A stretch of 64,000 bases of DNA, taken from contig JAHFIW010000001.1 in assembly GCA_023246195.1 (NCBI GenBank), positions 974 through 64,973 of the forward strand, written 5' to 3'. This stretch comes from a bacterium. GTDB lineage: Bacteria > Patescibacteriota > Patescibacteriia > SG8-24. Positions within the stretch are counted from its first letter, which is position 1. Each line of letters starts with the position of its first letter. Positions 58,692 through 64,000 of the stretch are shown here, piece by piece. A model generated the notes under the pieces. That model was not told where the DNA came from, did no database searches, and saw only the letters and a program-made list of their open reading frames with translations. The translations under genes and the position numbers were made by a program.

Positions 58692-61241
58692 TTATTTCAG
58701 TACCCGCTTAAGATACCGAGCCGTCCAGGTATCCGAATAATTGGCAACTTCTTCCGGAGTTCCGAGCGCCACCACGCGACCGCCGAGGTCGCCGCCATCG
58801 GGACCGAGGTCGATGACGTAGTCGGCCGTCTTGATGACGTCCAGGTTATGCTCGATGATGACCACCGAATTCCCGCGTTCCACCAGTTTCTCCAGCACTT
58901 CCAGCAAACGGCGGATGTCCTCGAAGTGCAGACCGGTCGTGGGCTCGTCCAGGATGTAAAGCGCCTTGCCGCCGCCGCGTTTGGCCAGCTCGAAGGCGAG
59001 CTTGACGCGCTGCGCCTCGCCGCCCGAAAGCGTCGTCGCCGACTGACCGAGCTCGATGTAGCCGAGACCGACCTCGTTGAGCACGCTCAGCTTGTCGTGG
59101 ATGTACGGGATGTCCCTGAAGAACTCGTCGGCGTCCTCGATGGTCATGGTGAGGATGTCGTGGATGCTCTTATCCTTGTACTTCACGTCAAGCGTCTCAC
59201 GATCAAAGCGCTTGCCTTTGCAGACGTCGCAGGTGACGTAGACCGTCGGCAAAAAGTGCATCTCGATGGCAATCTGGCCGTTGCCCTCGCAGTTCTCGCA
59301 ACGTCCGCCGGGGACGTTGAAGCTGAAACGCCCGGGCTTGTAGCCGCGGAGACGCGCTTCTTCGGTAGACGAGAACAGCTCGCGGATGTAGTTGAAAGCG
59401 CCGGTGTACGTGGCGGGGTTGGAACGCGGCGTACGTCCGATCGGCGACTGGTCGACCATGACGACGCGGTCCAGGTATTCGACGCCGCGGATCAGCTTGT
59501 GCTTGCCGACAGGCAGATGCGAACCGTTCAGCTTGTTAGAAATGGAATTGAAGAGAATGTCCTGCACCAAGGTGGACTTGCCGGAACCGGAAACGCCGGT
59601 AACCACGACCATGCGGCGCAGCGGAATATCAACCTCCACGTTCTTGAGGTTGTTCTCGGTGGCGCCGATGATCTTGAGCACCTCGCGGTTCTTGGTGCGG
59701 CGAAAGGTCGGCACCTTGATCTTCTTCCTGCCTTGCAGGTATGCGACGGTCAGGGACTTAGTGTCATTGAAGATTTCCGGTATGGGACCGGCCGCGATGA
59801 TCTCCCCGCCGTGCTTGCCGGCACCCGGTCCGAAATCCACCAGGTAGTCGGCGGTCATGATGGTGTCCTCATCATGTTCCACCACGATGATGGTGTTGCC
59901 GATATCGCGCAGGTTCTTGAGCGTGGCCAGCAGTTTGTCGTTGTCGCGCTGATGCAGGCCGATGGACGGCTCGTCGAGCACGTAGAGCGCGCCCACCAAT
60001 CGCGAACCGATCTGCGAAGCCAGGCGGATGCGCTGCGCCTCGCCGCCGGACAACGTGCCGGCAGTGCGGCCAAGAGACAGGTAATGCAAACCGACGTCCA
60101 GCAAGAATTGCAGGCGGCTGATGATTTCCTTCATGACGCTCTCCGAGATTTCAGCGTCACGCCCGACCAGCTTCAGCTCGGACAGGAACTTGTGGGCCTT
60201 GTCGATGGCCATGCCGGTAAGCTCCACGATGTGCATCTCGCTGACCTTCACGTGCAGGGCCTCCTTTCGCAGGCGCTTGCCGCCGCAATCATCACAGACC
60301 TTTTCTGACCAGAGGTGCTCCACGCCGAGGCCGGTGCAGGTGGGACACGCTCCGTAGGGACTGTTGAACGAGAACAGGCGCGGCTCGATCTCCGGAAAAG
60401 AAAATCCGCAGGACGGGCAGCTGAACTGGCTGGAGAGCATGCGCTCGCGGCCATTGCCGTAGACCACGTTCACCAGTCCCCCGCCGTATTGCAATGCCGC
60501 CTCGACCGCTTCGGCCAGACGAGCCTGCAATTCTTTTCCGCCCACGGTGATGTCGGTCTTGGTGATGGTGTCCACCACCAGCTCGACGGTGTGCTTCATG
60601 TTACGGTCCAGCACCAGACGAGTCCGCAGCGAACGGACGTTGCCGTTGACGCGCGCGCTGGCAAAGCCGGCATTGTACCAGTCATACAACAGCTGGTGAT
60701 ATTCGCCCTTGCGTCCGCGCACCGACGGCGCGAGGATGAGCGTATCGGCGTACTCGCGGCGTTTTTTTCCGAAGGCGTTCTCGGTCACGTCCTCGTCATA
60801 AGCGGCCTTCGCCTCGGCCATGATGTGGTCGACCATTTCTTCCGCGGTCATCTTGCGGATGGCGGTTTCGCATTGCGGACAATACGGTTTGCCGACGCGG
60901 GCATAGAGCACGCGCAGATAGTCATAAATTTCGGTGATCGTGGCGACGGTGGAACGCGGATTGGACGAGTGCGCCTTCTGGTCGATGGAAATGGCCGGTG
61001 ACAACCCGGTAATGTCATCCACGTCCGGCTTCTGCATCTGCCCCAAGAACTGACGGGCGTAAGCCGAGAGCGACTCCACGTAGCGGCGTTGCCCTTCGGC
61101 GAAGATGGTATCGAACGCCAACGAGGACTTGCCCGAACCGGACAGCCCCGTGAAGACGATCATCTTGTTCCGAGGCAGCTCAAGGGAGATGTTCTTGAGA
61201 TTATGCTCGCGCGCGCCCTTGATGATGATGGTTTCTTGCAT
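58692..61241 (-). CDS. uvrA: Excinuclease UvrA (insertion domain deleted)
   Basis: Two ABC modules ([21 protein letters not shown] x2), zinc fingers; 849 aa. Confidence 0.98.
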   Translation of the reverse strand: MQETIIIKGAREHNLKNISLELPRNKMIVFTGLSGSGKSSLAFDTIFAEGQRRYVESLSAYARQFLGQMQKPDVDDITGLSPAISIDQKAHSSNPRSTVATITEIYDYLRVLYARVGKPYCPQCETAIRKMTAEEMVDHIMAEAKAAYDEDVTENAFGKKRREYADTLILAPSVRGRKGEYHQLLYDWYNAGFASARVNGNVRSLRTRLVLDRNMKHTVELVVDTITKTDITVGGKELQARLAEAVEAALQYGGGLVNVVYGNGRERMLSSQFSCPSCGFSFPEIEPRLFSFNSPYGACPTCTGLGVEHLWSEKVCDDCGGKRLRKEALHVKVSEMHIVELTGMAIDKAHKFLSELKLVGRDAEISESVMKEIISRLQFLLDVGLHYLSLGRTAGTLSGGEAQRIRLASQIGSRLVGALYVLDEPSIGLHQRDNDKLLATLKNLRDIGNTIIVVEHDEDTIMTADYLVDFGPGAGKHGGEIIAAGPIPEIFNDTKSLTVAYLQGRKKIKVPTFRRTKNREVLKIIGATENNLKNVEVDIPLRRMVVVTGVSGSGKSTLVQDILFNSISNKLNGSHLPVGKHKLIRGVEYLDRVVMVDQSPIGRTPRSNPATYTGAFNYIRELFSSTEEARLRGYKPGRFSFNVPGGRCENCEGNGQIAIEMHFLPTVYVTCDVCKGKRFDRETLDVKYKDKSIHDILTMTIEDADEFFRDIPYIHDKLSVLNEVGLGYIELGQSATTLSGGEAQRVKLAFELAKRGGGKALYILDEPTTGLHFEDIRRLLEVLEKLVERGNSVVIIEHNLDVIKTADYVIDLGPDGGDLGGRVVALGTPEEVANYSDTWTARYLKRVLK

Positions 61242-61323
61242 ACTTGAAATGTTTGCGATTTGGTGCTAGGATTTTTTGTTGGTCACTTGACCACATGTAT
61301 CGGAGAAAGTGCAGAGGTGCAAC

Positions 61324-61758
61324 ATGAATGACCGCAAAGACCCCTATGAGGCGGCAGACGCCTTTCGACAGCTCATTTCCGCCACGATCCGCGATCTCTG
61401 CCACGCCTACCTCGCGGTATCCGACAGGGGCGATCACGATTCCTGCGTGCGTACGCTGATGGCTTCGCGCAAGGCGCTCCACGACGCGTTCGGCGATTCG
61501 CCGCCGCGCCCTCAGCGGAAGGGCACCGGCATCAGCGGCGAAAGCCTGCGAATGACGCTTGGGGGCATCGTCGATGCCGCCCAAAAGATCATCCTCATGT
61601 TCGAAGCCGTGGAAGAAACGGAGACTCCCGAGGGTATCTCGCGATGGCTCTCGACTCGCGGCAGGGACCTGACGAAGGGACTTTCGTTCCTCATAGGCGA
61701 CCTGCTTTGCGAGGACAACCTCCGCAAGATCGCCCTGAAATACGACACGGCGAACTGA
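61324..61758 (+). CDS. Helical hypothetical protein (antisense stand-alone unit between uvrB and uvrA)
   Basis: TTGAAA-17-TAGGAT promoter, GAGGTG SD, terminator 61765-61790. Confidence 0.65.
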   Translation: MNDRKDPYEAADAFRQLISATIRDLCHAYLAVSDRGDHDSCVRTLMASRKALHDAFGDSPPRPQRKGTGISGESLRMTLGGIVDAAQKIILMFEAVEETETPEGISRWLSTRGRDLTKGLSFLIGDLLCEDNLRKIALKYDTAN

Positions 61759-61772
61759 CTGACCGGGCCTCC

Positions 61773-63821
<2,049 letters not shown>

Positions 63822-64000
63822 GCGAAAATAAGACAATACGCAAAACCTCCCAGCGGAACACCCTATGGGGTACCCTGGGAGCCGTTGAGTTGTGCCTTGA
63901 CCCTACTGAAAAAGGGCCGCCATGTCAATCATGACAGCCCTCCCCGATCGCTACGGATGAGTAAAAGAATCCGCATGAGCCGGTATTGCCACGTCCAACG

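Noticed and set aside
63900-64000. Possible start of a plus-strand gene at the window end
   Set aside because: Too little sequence to support a call.

Overview
This is a GC-rich (~60% by eye) bacterial chromosomal window in genetic code 11; TGA is used as a stop, e.g. in cysS. Gene content points to a Patescibacteria/CPR genome, probably Parcubacteria/ABY1-like (inference): an orphan VirD4/TraG-like ATPase, DUF3467, a DUF5671 pair, a half-size MFS, short UvrA/UvrC, and SD-less core genes. The housekeeping backbone comprises corA, cysS, hrcA-grpE-dnaK-DUF3467-dnaJ with a CIRCE box, yidC, mscL, rarA-ftsI-murF, a VKOR/CcdA/thioredoxin redox cluster, glyA-folD (truncated), dnaB-ybaB-recR, rplU, a WecA/TagO-like gene, mraZ-rsmH-ftsL with MraZ boxes, uvrB/uvrA/uvrC, tRNA-Glu(CTC) and tRNA-Pro(CGG). 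About 17 stand-alone accessory units are interleaved with it. Most have their own sigma70 promoter, a Shine-Dalgarno and a terminator, and many carry a boxA-like 12-mer at the predicted transcript start. Core genes instead lack SD, are often near-leaderless and mostly start 'tATG'. This two-tier expression grammar is the most notable signal. Next are a tandem triplet of small divergent paralogs, several apparently disabled enzymes, and a Cys-rich S74-chaperone fibre/adhesin. No CRISPR array, rRNA, integrase or transposase was seen. All calls come from manual reading; no database searches were run.
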